From contig KZ538220.1 of assembly GCA_000934665.2 (NCBI GenBank), positions 62,001-97,797 on the forward strand: DNA of 35,797 bases, written 5' to 3'. Position numbers and translations under genes: made by a program. How positions within the stretch are numbered: the stretch's first letter is position 1; each line of letters starts with the position of its first letter. This document shows positions 11,124 through 23,050 of this stretch, in pieces. The notes beneath the pieces were generated by a model. That model had not been told where the DNA came from, did no database searches, and saw nothing but the letters and a program-made list of their open reading frames with translations. The stretch is from Catajapyx aquilonaris. Its lineage: Eukaryota.

Positions 11124-13564
11124 GTGATCCAAGCTTGTCCAGGGGGCGACACATCAATGCCCACCCACCAAAAAAAAAAATGGGGAGGGGAGGAAAAACC
11201 TACCGGCATTTTGGTGGGAAAATTGTTAATAAAATTGCACCAATTTAACACGCTTCCCCATTAAAAAATTGCAATTAGAACAATCCGCAGCATATTACAA
11301 ACACACGACTTACTGGTGCAAACTGGGCGTAAAAATTGCAGAATTATTGCGAACAAAAGGTCATGGTTCAGGCTGCACATAGATCATGTCCTCGTTAACA
11401 TTTAATTGTAATTACAGCCTGGAGTGTGCTCTAATTGCCGCTTCTGGCTCAATAAAATATAGGCTAAAAAAAATTTCGACTCACCATGGCTGGCCAACTT
11501 GCTCACGTGTCACACAATCCAAGGTGATAATCCGGTGAGGTGAGGTCAACAATGGGAAATCCAGAACAATATTTGGGCACATCCGATCAGCACTGGAAGT
11601 CCGGGGTGAATGGGCGAGCCGGGGAAGGAAGGAGAAAAGCCGGGAATGGGAGAGAGAGAGACCGGGGATTGCGCTGGTCGGCCCCTGATCCAGCCTTCCC
11701 TTCCCTTCCTGTGGGAACCAACCGGGATGGAGCAGGATCATCCCTAGGGACAATCCGATTGGTTCCCGCCGCCAGCTGGAGGGAAAGGACGAACAGCTGA
11801 TTCCCGGCCTAGAAAAACCTGATTCATGGGATGCTGATTTTGCCGCCCTTATTGGCATTGTTGCATTACCGGGTACCGGGCATGACCTGGACAATTACTC
11901 ATTTTTGGATGAGTAGGAATGATTCGATGGGAAAGTCATTTTTAGCGGGTGTACAATTACCTGGAGGTGTGTCGGCCTGGAAAAAATTCCTGTTTTTATC
12001 TGGATGAAAGGGGGGGAGGGGGGGGGGGGAAGAGGCGCCCGTTTTTCGGGGGTTTGGCATGCAAAAGGCGGGAGATTGTTGAGGGGGAAAAGGGGGAGTA
12101 ATCCCTTGGGAAGGAAACAAGAGGGGAGGGAAAGAGAGGGAACAAGAGGGAAGAAGGGGTTGTGGTAAATAGGTACCAAAAAAAAAAAAAGAGTACATCA
12201 TGGCTTCCAAGTTGCCAACACAGAAATAAATGGGTCGTGGCAAAGAACATGCATGATCTAATTAAACCATGGCTCTTAAATAACACATTAGTAGCAGCAG
12301 TATTTAAAGTCAACTTATTGTGAATGATACATTTTTTATAACAATTGGGACAATAAGCAGGCTGTAGGCAGCAGAGTGTAGGCCTATCCAGGTGTCACAA
12401 AAGTTATGTTCCTCCGTTTGTAATGCATTTCCCACTGAATGACTGATTGTGGGGACATCAGTCAACAATGCGGGGGGAGGATTGACTTGCAAATGGGAAC
12501 ATTAAGAACAAAGAACATTGTTGCGTTCACTATGCACAAGGGTCGCTTGTTCACCCGATGCAATGCGTTAAACCTGTCCATGAACATGTCTATTAAGGTG
12601 TGTTTCCGAGTGTTCCCCAGCTTGCAAAAGAATCAATTCATTGTGACAGGGTGAGCAAGAGCAAGAGGCCAATTCTCAAACCCTCTGCCTGCTCGCTCAC
12701 ACTCAAAAGGCTCGCATTTGCTGCAAAAACTCATTCTCCTGAGGCATGAAGGTTCAATGTTGAAACATGTGCCAGAGCCTATGGGTAGGCTAGAGAGTAG
12801 TCGTTGTAGCATTCCCTTACCCACCTAGCAAGCAAAAAACTCTGTAGACATGATCTTTACCCAAATTCGCATCAGTGGTAAGACAGTGTGTACTCGCTGT
12901 GCTCTCTTGAGCAACTGAACTACTTTCGGCTTGAATCTATTCCTTTCGATATTCTTTCGAAAAAGTAGGTAGGCTCGGCCTACCCTGTTTCAGAGCCCCT
13001 GCAAGGGATGGGAGGATTGAAAACCGTAACAGCCTGGCATAAGAATAAGGACAAATGTGTAATTTCATAGGGGATGAACCATCAGATCGTGTATTTTAAA
13101 GTGCACACAGGAGAGAATGAAAGAAAACACAACATACGTACGATATTACCTACTGCAAATTGCGACTGACAATTTCCTCATTTTGTGCTGCATTCAACAC
13201 AAAACTAATAAACTGTGTTCAGAACTGCCAAGTTCACTACAACAACGGTCATGGAAGATAGGCTGCCATTGCCTTTAAAATAAATGCACTGAATTACTAC
13301 ATGTGTAGGTAGATGCTAACAGCACACTATACCTATCTGAAAAAATCCATTTTTGTCAATTGCATGTAATATCATCAGTTTGAACATGTTTTTGTTCTGA
13401 CTAGATTGCACCAGCTGCAGCGATGACACTGTCAGTCCTTAGTGTAATTTATTGTAAGGCACTTCCCACCCACTGCCTTATCTCAAGTCTTTTGCAGAAG
13501 CTGCGGAAAATGTTCTCTGCATATATTTTCTAAACCATGCTGCAGTATACACGGGTTACACATA

Positions 13565-14567
13565 GGGTAAGTTGGGGTAAGTGTGACAATGGAGCAGGTA
13601 CAGAATATTGCTTATAATATGTAGCACCTCGTGTAGCACAAGGTGGCAGGAATTATCGAAAATCACATAAACGTTCATGACGACCTTCGCCTATTCTGCT
13701 GAAAGTAGCATGATCTTCTACCTTTCATAACATAGACAAAAAATGGCAGCCAAGCTCAAGGTGTCATTTTAACTTTTCCAGTGTGTATGTCAGCATCTTT
13801 TGCAGAATTTCTGACCAGTCTTAAATCGCATGCTGCGTAACCACTCCGGCACTGTACATAAGTGGTTAAAATGTACTATCACGCTGCTATTGTTTTGTTT
13901 TTGTGGCATAATCAGGTCGGTTTTTAAAAGGGGTGACGCACTTACCCCTAACTAGACATGGTCAGGGGCAATGCGCACCCAATTAATATGGGTACATGGA
14001 TCGAAATGCAATATTGGAATAATAAAGCTAGCAGTTGCCAAAACAGGCAACAAGGCAACTTTTTGTGGTCCCCAATGGATATTCTGCGACTGGCGACGTG
14101 CTAATTTCAAACACTTGTGTGAAAACACTTCCACATAATGCAATTTAATCAGATAATGCATACTGTTAGCCAATCTGTTGCAGAGCAGTGAATAAAAGTT
14201 CGTCCTGTAAGAACTTATAGGAATTTTTTTATTCAGGAAAAACAGACAGACAGAGGAAGTCCCGTGTCTTTGTGGCACTAGTCCTATGCAACCCGAGCAA
14301 TGTTTATTACTCTGAGAGAATTCCACAATCGCACTTACCCCATATCACAGGGCAAGTTAAGACCATCTGCACCATGTGCATATTTTTATTATTTTTCGGA
14401 GCACCCACACAGATGAATGTTATTCAATAAGCCACTATGAAAGCCAACAAGGTAAGGTACCGTATATTGTTCAGTACTTTGTATTCTCACTTGCTAATTA
14501 CTGAGGAAGTAACATGCCTTTAAACTGCACCTAATCAAAATATGGCCGCACTTACCCCAACTTACCC
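13565..14567. mobile_element. ~1.0-kb non-autonomous TA-TSD DNA transposon between cyclin E and PIGN
   Basis: TIR GGGTAAGTTGGGGTAAGTG at both ends in inverted orientation; TA flanks at 13563-13564 and 14568-14569; internal copies of the core GCACTTACCCC at ~13938 and ~14331. Confidence 0.8.
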
Positions 14568-14737
14568 TACTTCGTTCCAGTAAAAAGAAACCATATAAAA
14601 TGGTACGCTGTATCTTCCCCAGTATAAAACGAACAAGTGCATAGCAATACCAAAGTGCCATAAGGCACCAGCAATTTATTAATCTCAGTTAAATGCAGAG
14701 AACTTGGAAATGCTCATACACGGTATGAAAATTCCAT

Positions 14738-17700
14738 TTACTCCAACTTCCCTAACTCAGGAAACATGTGCTCAGCTTGCCTGACACCTTTTCTAGACTT
14801 CAGAATTACTTGGCAGGCAGTATCCAGCAAGGGCCAGAGAGAATCTGAAGTAAGGAGTTTGGCATACCCATACAAAATGCAAAGAAACAAAACTGTTGCT
14901 TGCACGATTACAAAATGTGAAATGGATGTCCCAATGTCCAGCCAGCTTCCCTTGTTGGTCACCATATAGAAGAAGTGAAGACCACACACATCACTCAGGA
15001 TCAGGACCATGACGAATAATCGGCTCACAGGAATCTATGCAAAAGGCGACATAATAAGATTGTGAAAAGCAGGACACCAAAACTTTACCAACTTCTTCAG
15101 ATCATTTCACGAAGGGGCTCTTTGCAAGTTTAAAATGTTTAAATGCTTCAGTGATATGGAAAAGTTGTAATAGGTGATCTGCAGGCCAAAAAATTGGCTC
15201 CGAGTGTGCAATCAGGATAACCACCGACCAGGATTGTTGTGTTTGGTTACGTTCTACAAAGTAGTGTGACCCAGGGCAACTGCTAGACAAGGTAGTTATC
15301 CAGGTGGCACCAACTAATGGAGTAACACTCAAAATCATATCGTACTTGCAGGGCTTGAAATTTTACATGGCAAAAAACAATTAATTCCAACTTTAAAATT
15401 GTTTAAATGGAAGGTCACACTATTTCAACAAACCCTCCACATTGAAAAAAGACTCACCTGGAGTGTGAATGTGATTGCCCTGAAGGCACAGGTGACCAGC
15501 AGAAAAGGAATAATAACTTTGACCAAAAGTAAGGCTCCCATCACGAATGGGCTAAACACAGTGACGAAGCTTCTCACAACTGATGGATCATAGGAATTGA
15601 CTGAAGCAATGTTTCCAGTGCCAAAAAAAGACAACATTATGAAGAACAGCTGTTAAAACATTAGTCAAGGATTCAAAAGTGGATATGGGTTTTTAAATAA
15701 ATATAATGCACTTAACGTAATTCACCATATGAGAAAAGAATTTCAATTATGTCGATATTTGATTGTCAAATAAAGCCTGTGGTCCAGCACTGTGTGAATG
15801 AATAAATAAGGCAGTGATACCCAGAGGATCAAGATGTCAGAACAGTCACATGGTTCCATGTCATGTGGGTGAAATGCAATAAGTGACAAATACACTGATC
15901 TTAAAGTGTTATACTCTTACGAAAAAGGATACGAAAAAGTAAGCTCTCCTGAGGTCCTGTCCAGTAACCCTGTACTTCTTCCGGCTCTCTTTAGTGGCAT
16001 CAAACCTTACATCCTTCAAATGTATCCTGGGCAGATTCACTCCTTTCTCTTCCAACATAACCCAGCAACCCATAGCCACGCAAATGGTCAGGTAGAAGAG
16101 TCCCTCGTAGGAGGAAGAGAGCAACAGGAAAGGAGGGAAGGCAGCCAAGGAAATCTGCAGTAGACGAGGGGCCATCCACAGAGATCCCAAAAGAGGAGTA
16201 ATGCTTGAAAGGAGGAGACATATCCAGGAGGCCAGGTGATGAAGGGTGGCCACTTCTGTCCTGGAAAGCAAGCTCTGGGAAGTTCCACGGGCTGTCCATA
16301 TGGACAGAGGTATCACAGCTATCTGGAGAAGGGTAGCCAGCTGGACCCGGGTACTCTCTCGGGGACGCAGACGGTCACGACCAGCCAGGCGAAAAACTGG
16401 GTGGCGGCAAGCCAGTCCACCACAGATCAGGACGCACCACCCAATGAAGCCACTGCAATTACACAAATGTACAAAAATTATTCAATTAAACACTAGCACA
16501 TATGCACAAGTAACTAATAGTAGTAATCTTAAAGGTTCTTGAGGTTATGCTACCTGGGAGTGTAACTAATGAAACCATTCCAGTCAAGTTGAAATTATGA
16601 AACAATGTGATCCTGTTAATCAAATATGCAAAAGAATCAAAACAAGTTCAGGGTGAAGAGTCCTCCAATCAGATGCGAGTATGTAGGCTGCCTATCTTAA
16701 CAAATTACTTTCTGAGATGAATGCCATCTAGGCCAAACGTAATTACATCCAGTAATCATAGTAAAAATTACTTCTAGTTCATCATTATACTCAGTGATAA
16801 CTACTAGGTTTATAAAAACTTTGGTTAAAGAGAGGGAGTCACATGAGGGTAATCCTTTTGCTTCTTTCTCCACAAATGGCACGTGGCTATATCAACAAGA
16901 ATAAAATATATCTACATGCCAAATGTCACAAAAGCAATGCAATTACTTACACCAGCTCTGGATTTGATTCCCTGCCAACAACAGGCAAGAGAGGGAAGCA
17001 GGCAAGCCCAATGCAAGAGAAGGTCCACAGCAGTGAGACCCAGATGCTGTGGCTCTGGCCACTGAAGTAGGGCCACATGGCCATTCCCAGAAGACCAAAG
17101 CACAGACTCCAACGGTGGAAAAAGGACAACACCTTTTAAAAGAAGCCATCACAAGTCTTGAGCACCATCAAATGTGTAAAATGCACAGAAAAACAGGACA
17201 TGAAAAGAAAGACATGCGCCTTCAAAATACCCAAATGGTAAGTCAATTTTTAGTATTTTGAGTACAATGGTAGTAAGTTCAAATATTGTAGCTACACATA
17301 CAAGTGAAAAAAATATTATTCCACTTGATCCTCCTTTACATGCTCCCTCTCTAAGCCCTGACACTCTTTCAATACTGAATCATGTCCTCTCAACATTAGA
17401 CATAAAATAATAAGGTTAGAGGTGAAAAGAAGGGAGCCTCACCAAAATCTCAATCCCAATTGCATATACGATTACAGTAGATAACAACTTCAGAGGAGTT
17501 GTTCCATAGAAAATGCTTTCAAAGGCGTGCACATACATCTTTCTCTCTCTCAGAACAGCTCGCCATAAGATTACCGGGAGTAGGAAGTACACATAGTAGG
17601 AGAATGGAGAATGTTGCACTGCAATTGAAAATTAAACCTTGCAATGTAAATGGCTGAACAGAGAATATAAAATATGCAAATGCTTTACATGGTTGGTAAT

Positions 17701-20700
17701 AGGGGCAGTCAAGTAAGGCTGTTAGTTCCTACATACTGCCAGGTAATGACAAAATATAAACTTATTTAGCAATTTAAATGTCCTTATTAATCAATAAAAA
17801 CTCACCAAAAAGTAGGATGACAACTAATGTAGCTAATCCAGCAAACATGCTGTCACAGCAGGTCATGTACTTCGCTAGTCCCGTCTGAGCAGTCCCAAAC
17901 TCCATTCTTTGATTATCTATGGACTTTCCAGTGTCATCCAAACCTGAGTCTTTCAGAAGGACTCCAACCAGATAGGTTGTCCATCCCAAGAATGAGAGTG
18001 TCACTGCAACTGTCAGAGATCTCTGGTGGTAACGATGGTAGTAATCCAACCCATCAAGTGACTCAAAGAGGAGTTGCTTTGATTTCTGGATCTGAAGTTC
18101 CAAAAGTAGTGATATTGAATGTTATCTATTGTGATAAACAAGTAGTATTACTCTACCGTAACAGACTTCCTAAAAATCTAGATATAGATATGCAGACAAT
18201 AGCATATACAAAAAATACTCACAGCCAGCTTATACTCCTTGAACTGCAAATGCTTCCGGATTTCTATATGTAACTTGTCAATTCCCCTATGATCCAAGGG
18301 CAAGTAAGGATGGTCCAGAAGCCTTATAGAGCCCTGCTCATGAATCTTCTTGCGCTGCCTAAACTGTTCTGCAACTTGCCTCGCATTTAAAAATGCCAGT
18401 GCGGCCTGCTGGTCTGGAGGAACCCCAAGATAGTCCAGAGGAAGCCTTCCCTTGTTGGTTCATGGAAATAAAATGACTGCTGTTAATGCACCAGAGTGTT
18501 GATTCGTGCATTACTGGACATCAGTAGGGACTGTACTCGTTAGTTGCAAGTCCAGTACCTGTGGTAGACTTCTTTGAAATCTGTGATTCAAAATGTCATA
18601 ATTATTTATAATCCATCATGATACACATACATAAAGTCCTCATTTGATCCATTCCCACAGTGTAAGTGCTGTATTATTAACAATGATTAGTAAAATTTAT
18701 TGTTCATCTCATTCTGAATTTACTGTAAAATATTATTTTCTGACTAGTTGTGGACCAATTGAATTAATAAGACATCACTCAAATAAATTTCAGTAGTTTA
18801 CCTCTCACTAGTTACTATTCTGCCGTCAGCTGTAAGACGGTAACTCAAAACCTAGTAAGGGTGAAAGTCGCATGCATATCCTGCACTAATCCCCTCTGAC
18901 AATATTGGTACGAAGCTCTTTTCGACTGCCTACTCCATCACAATAACAATATTGCAAGACAGTGGCAACAACTGCATCAAATTATCACAATTATCATTTC
19001 ATTTGTGAAGCCCTAGCTACTCTCTGATTCACATAAGAGTGAACCTTTTTGGATATACATATGCCCCGAGGGGTCGGTGAGCCACCGCAAAATTATTAGT
19101 CTCTGGTATCTCTGGCTTTCTCGAAGAAACATTGCTGGTACATGTTATTTGAATGCCTAATTATCATGGGCAGCCCATGCGGTAGCTGCAGCGCTACACA
19201 AACTGCACATTTTGTTGTGAGGAGCGGTAGGGACCTACATGGTGGGCACTACTTTCAGGTGTATGGATATCCAAAAAGGTTCACTCTTACGTGAATCGGA
19301 GAGTAATTGTGGATGATTGTGGTATTTACTACCACTGCTTTTACAACAGCACTAATGGACAAAAAAATACAGCACGTAAGACTTACTATGGAGTTGACAG
19401 GGAAGGTGATGTCAAGCAAGCCTGACATGAGGGGAGCAATATCTGCCTGTTCCACATCTGACCTGACCAGATGACTCAGCTTCCAATTAGATGGTGTTAG
19501 AAGGCCAGACAACGCATTGCTATCATCAATATATCTGGGGCCTCGCACACCAGAACCCCACGCAACCAAAGGAGTTTCTGTCTCACTTGGGTCTCCAGAG
19601 CCATGGGAACCTTTATGAACAATTAATTATCAATTAAGATCATACACTCGCAGGTTACCCGGTGTTGCTCGGGTATGTTGGGGTGCTGGTAAAGGTAGGG
19701 GTGCATAATTATACACTACCGTATTTTAGGAAGTGTGTTTGTTTGTAAAAATTTCCCTTCAATACACTCGAAACTCGATATGTCTTAAAACAGGCCTTAT
19801 AAGTTACAACAAGTTACAATAAGCCGAAGTTTGTCACTATCTATGATAGATTACCTGCTTGTCTTGTAGCGTAGAGTCGACACAGATATTCTGATTGGAT
19901 GTGTAAAAAGAGGAATGAGGATGGAGTTGGCCCAGGAAAAGACTGCACAGCCATGTGTTTTTTCCCCTGCATTTTTGACCCCTTGACCCCCCAACCCCAC
20001 TTCACACTCCCACCTCGTTCCATATGTTTGCTCTGAAGAACTTTAGAAATGTACCTACAGATACATGGTGGGAAATTTTGTTTTCAACATGAAGTAATAT
20101 TTGTAAATACTGTTATTTTGTCTGGAAGTCTACTTTCAAATCCCACAAAATCCCGGAATGACCATACGATACGAACTCACATGAGGTGGCCAATTAGCAT
20201 AATTGATGGATGCGTTGAGTTTATGGCGATGATTTAATATGCTAGGCATTGTTGCATAAGGGCATTTCCATGGGAATGCGAATTGATATATTAGGCGTAT
20301 TCGGCAATTCAGGAATCTGACTTCCTGGGCTGTTTGGATGTTCGGCAAATCAGGTGCCACGCCCCCTGAAGTAAGTGCGCATGCGCCCTACCTGACTTCC
20401 CAAGCTCAGGAACTTAGTGTACTCCTGACCTGACTTACTTGCTGAGAAACAATTAACAAACAAATTATTGTTATGGATGCAGCAGTGTTGCCAATGCAAA
20501 ATGCCCAAAAACCCCGCGAGAGGACCTGAAAATACCCGATTTTACCCGCATTTTCATTTTACCCGCACCATTACCAGCCAGCGTCCGAAATACGGCACCG
20601 AAATACCCGAACATTGGGATGCAGCACAGGCGGGTAGGGGGGTCTCTCAGTTCGGCCGTTCGGCAATAATCTTCTGAGGGGCAGGGCTAACAACTCAGAT

Positions 20701-22806
20701 ATCACGTGACCCATGTCAGAATAATCTGAATTGCCGAATACGCCTAATGATATTAGGCGTATTCGGCAATTCAGGAATCTGACTTCCTGGGCTGTTTGGA
20801 TGTTCGGCAAATCAGGTGCCACGCCCCATGAAGTAAGTGTGCATGCGCCCTACCTGACTTCTCAAGCTCAGGAACTTAGTGTACTCCTGACCTCACTTAC
20901 TTGCTGAGAAACACGGCGGTCAACAAATTCGTGTTATGGATGCAGCAGTGTTGCCAATGCAAAATGCCCAAAAAACCCACGAGAGGACCTGAAAATACCC
21001 TATTTTACCCGCATTTTCATTTTACCCGCACCATTACCCGCAAACGTCCGAAATACGGCACCGAAATACCCGAACATTGGCATCACTGGGATGCAGCACA
21101 AATGGCGAGTAGGGGGGTCTCTCAGTTCGGCCGTTCGGCAATAATCTTCTGAGGGGCAGGGATAACAACTCAGATATCACGTGACGCATCTCAGAAAAAT
21201 CTGAATTGCTGAATATGCCTATTGACAGGGGTGGATCCAGAATTTTTTTCTGGGGGGGGGGGGGCACAAGGGAACTTCTCTGGGGGGAGAGGGGTGCAGG
21301 GCCCGCCGCAGGCGAAATTTTTCCCCCCGTTCAAGGTCACAACCCTTCCTCCCGACCCCAAATTTGGGGGTCGCAACCGCAAAACAGAAAACAACCCATA
21401 GAACAGTGCAATTTTGCACTGTTCGAGAGGGTTTTTGCGAGTTTTCCCCCGTTTTTAAATTTTTTTTTCCGTTTTTTCCCCTCTGTGGGAGCTCTGGGGG
21501 GCCCCCGTGCCCCCCCCTAAATCCGCCACTGGATATTGATGTTGATGTAAGTTAATTGTTGAGGCCCGAGTAGTGAGAAGATTCGGGAATATGCGTATTG
21601 TGGGAGTTAGGTTCATTATCGGAAGCTGAAACATGCGGCGTTAAATTCCTTGACAAATGTAACCCCCGATATGCTAATTTAAGGTGGTGTAGGGGCCTTC
21701 CCCTGGATTTCCATAAGGGACAAACATCCAAACAAACTAACTAAAATATAGATTCAAGTACCTAGAGAGAGCACTCAGGATGAAATGTGAGTCAGGCACC
21801 ATTATATTATTGTTTACATATGCCTCTGGTCATTGACCCATACAACACTGTCAATGACCTGAACCTTCAGCACTGAACCAGTTTGACAACCACTACTGAC
21901 CCCAATCAGTCATCCCATGGTCTGAGGTGAAGACATATGCGGTCTTCCCATCCCTGTAGAATCTCTCCATAATTTCCTCAGTCTTCTTGACCAGGGAATC
22001 GACCGTCCTGAGGTTGTCCTTATATTCCTTGGATCCAGGTCTGTGGGTGTGACCATTGGTGTCAAGCCCCAGAAGGTGGAGGAAGAAGACGATCCCTTCC
22101 TCTTGGAGTATTTTATTTTGCGCATTGCTCATTATGAAGTGCTCAAACCTGTTGAACACCCACAGGTCCAGTTCAGACGCATCCTTTGACCCACCAAAGT
22201 CCTGCTTGTTGGAGTCATAACATTGCCACAGCATTTGGGGCGTGCTCTTGGCAAACATTGGCAAGATGTCAGGACTTCCCCATGCGAATGTGGCTGTGCT
22301 ACGGTTGAACACCGAGTCAAATTCCACCGGATTCTCTTTCCAGCCCTGCAAGCATAGTAATAATAATAATTACAAACTGAAATATGTCATACTTTGCATG
22401 TACCCACCTTGGCCACAGCAGAGGGATCCTCGTATATCCCCGCAATGATGGCGACGTGTCCTGGCCTGGACTCTGTGGGCACCCTGGTGTGTGACACCCC
22501 CCAGACGCCCCTCTTCTCCACGACATTCCTGAGGAACGGAGCGAACGGCTTTCCCCCTTCGTACGAGAAGAACGTGTCCGCCCTCAGCCCGTCCGCCACG
22601 AAGAGGACCAACCTCCGTGCGGCCGGTTCGAACCCTCCTCCGCCGTAGAACTCGCTCCTCTCCCACGGATGAGGCAGCGACGGCACACCTTGCACGATCG
22701 GTGTCGTAAAGTACACATCGAACACCGAGGACAGGAAGGACAGGTGGATCAGGAAGCCCAGGAAGAGAGTCCACGCGTCTGGGTTCCGCCGGAACACTCC
22801 CAACAT
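14738..22806 (-). CDS. PIGN: GPI ethanolamine phosphate transferase 1 (PIG-N/Mcd4, ~982 aa); exons 22806-22408, 22345-21901, 19610-19387, 18450-18223, 18091-17806, 17618-17443, 17132-16951, 16452-15933, 15649-15458, 15034-14738
   Basis: In-frame splicing (2949 nt). Motifs [112 protein letters not shown]. The start codon could alternatively be ~22878. Poly(A) signal 14675-14680. Confidence 0.95.
15650..15932 (-). other. U12-type (minor spliceosome) GT-AG intron in PIGN
   Basis: 5' splice site GTATCCTT; branch site TCCTTGAC (15671-15664) about 15 nt before the AG; no long polypyrimidine tract; phase-0 join RRAYFF|LFFIM. Confidence 0.88.
19020..19303. mobile_element. 284-bp TA-TSD MITE in PIGN intron 3
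   Basis: ~40-bp TIR CTCTCYGATTCACRTAAGAGTGAACCTTTTTGGATAT at both ends; TA at 19018-19019 and 19304-19305. Confidence 0.88.
20290..21223. mobile_element. Head-to-tail dimer of a ~460-470-bp MITE (units 20290-20748 and 20752-21223)
   Basis: Each unit is bounded by TIR ATTAGGCGTATTCGGCAATTCAG and its reverse complement; the units are similar end to end and separated by GAT. Confidence 0.88.
20946..21088. mobile_element. 143-bp hAT-type mini-MITE nested in MITE unit 2 (a copy with a truncated right TIR lies at 20483-20616 in unit 1)
   Basis: TIR CAGTGTTGCCAATG / CATTGGCATCACTG with perfect 8-bp TSD GGATGCAG (20938-20945, 21089-21096); same TSD at 20475-20482 and 20617-20624. Confidence 0.85.
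21226..21531. mobile_element. 306-bp GC-rich hAT-type MITE
   Basis: Ends CAGGGGTGGATCC...AAATCCGCCACTG; 8-bp flanks CCTATTGA / GATATTGA (6/8 match). Confidence 0.7.
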
Positions 22807-23050
22807 CCTCACAGTGGAACCACGAGTGGAACACACAGTCGAACGAGGGCAGCCATTTGCAAACAGGAGTGCCAACATGTACCAAAAGCAGGAGTGCCAA
22901 CGAACGAACATTCAGCCAGCAGTGCCAACATGCAACCACCAGGGGTGCCAACCTGTTGTAGTGGTCTGCAAACGTGGAGGCTGCTGGTTCCCATCTGGTT
23001 GCGGATTTATTTGCGAGCTGACAGGCGGCCTTTTTGCTGACTTTTTGAGG
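22807..23050. promoter_or_regulatory. Bidirectional promoter shared by PIGN and UBA5, with four CAG(G/C)(A/G)GTGCCAAC motifs
   Basis: Only 244 bp separate the divergent ATGs; motif copies start at 22864, 22889, 22917 and 22940. Confidence 0.75.

Larger units (their letters stand above)
19647..21752 (-). mobile_element. Non-autonomous Helitron (~2.1 kb including nested inserts) in PIGN intron 2
   Basis: Minus strand starts A|TCTATATTTTAGTTAGTTTGTTTGGATGTTTG (5' TC) and ends with hairpin TACCCG-AGCAACAC-CGGGTA then ACCTGCGAG|T (CGAG, one mismatch from CTAG). Inserted between A and T with no TSD. Confidence 0.7.

Noticed and set aside
12770..13001. Possible hAT MITE ending CAGAGCCCCTG
   Set aside because: Left TIR and TSD could not be matched convincingly.
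20136..21555. Duplicated short ORFs ([14 protein letters not shown]..., [11 protein letters not shown]...)
   Set aside because: They are by-products of the tandem MITE units and the G/C-run MITE, not genes.
22864..22952. CRISPR-like repeat-spacer array
   Set aside because: Repeats of 13 bp and spacers of 10-15 bp are too short, the context is a eukaryotic promoter and there are no cas genes.
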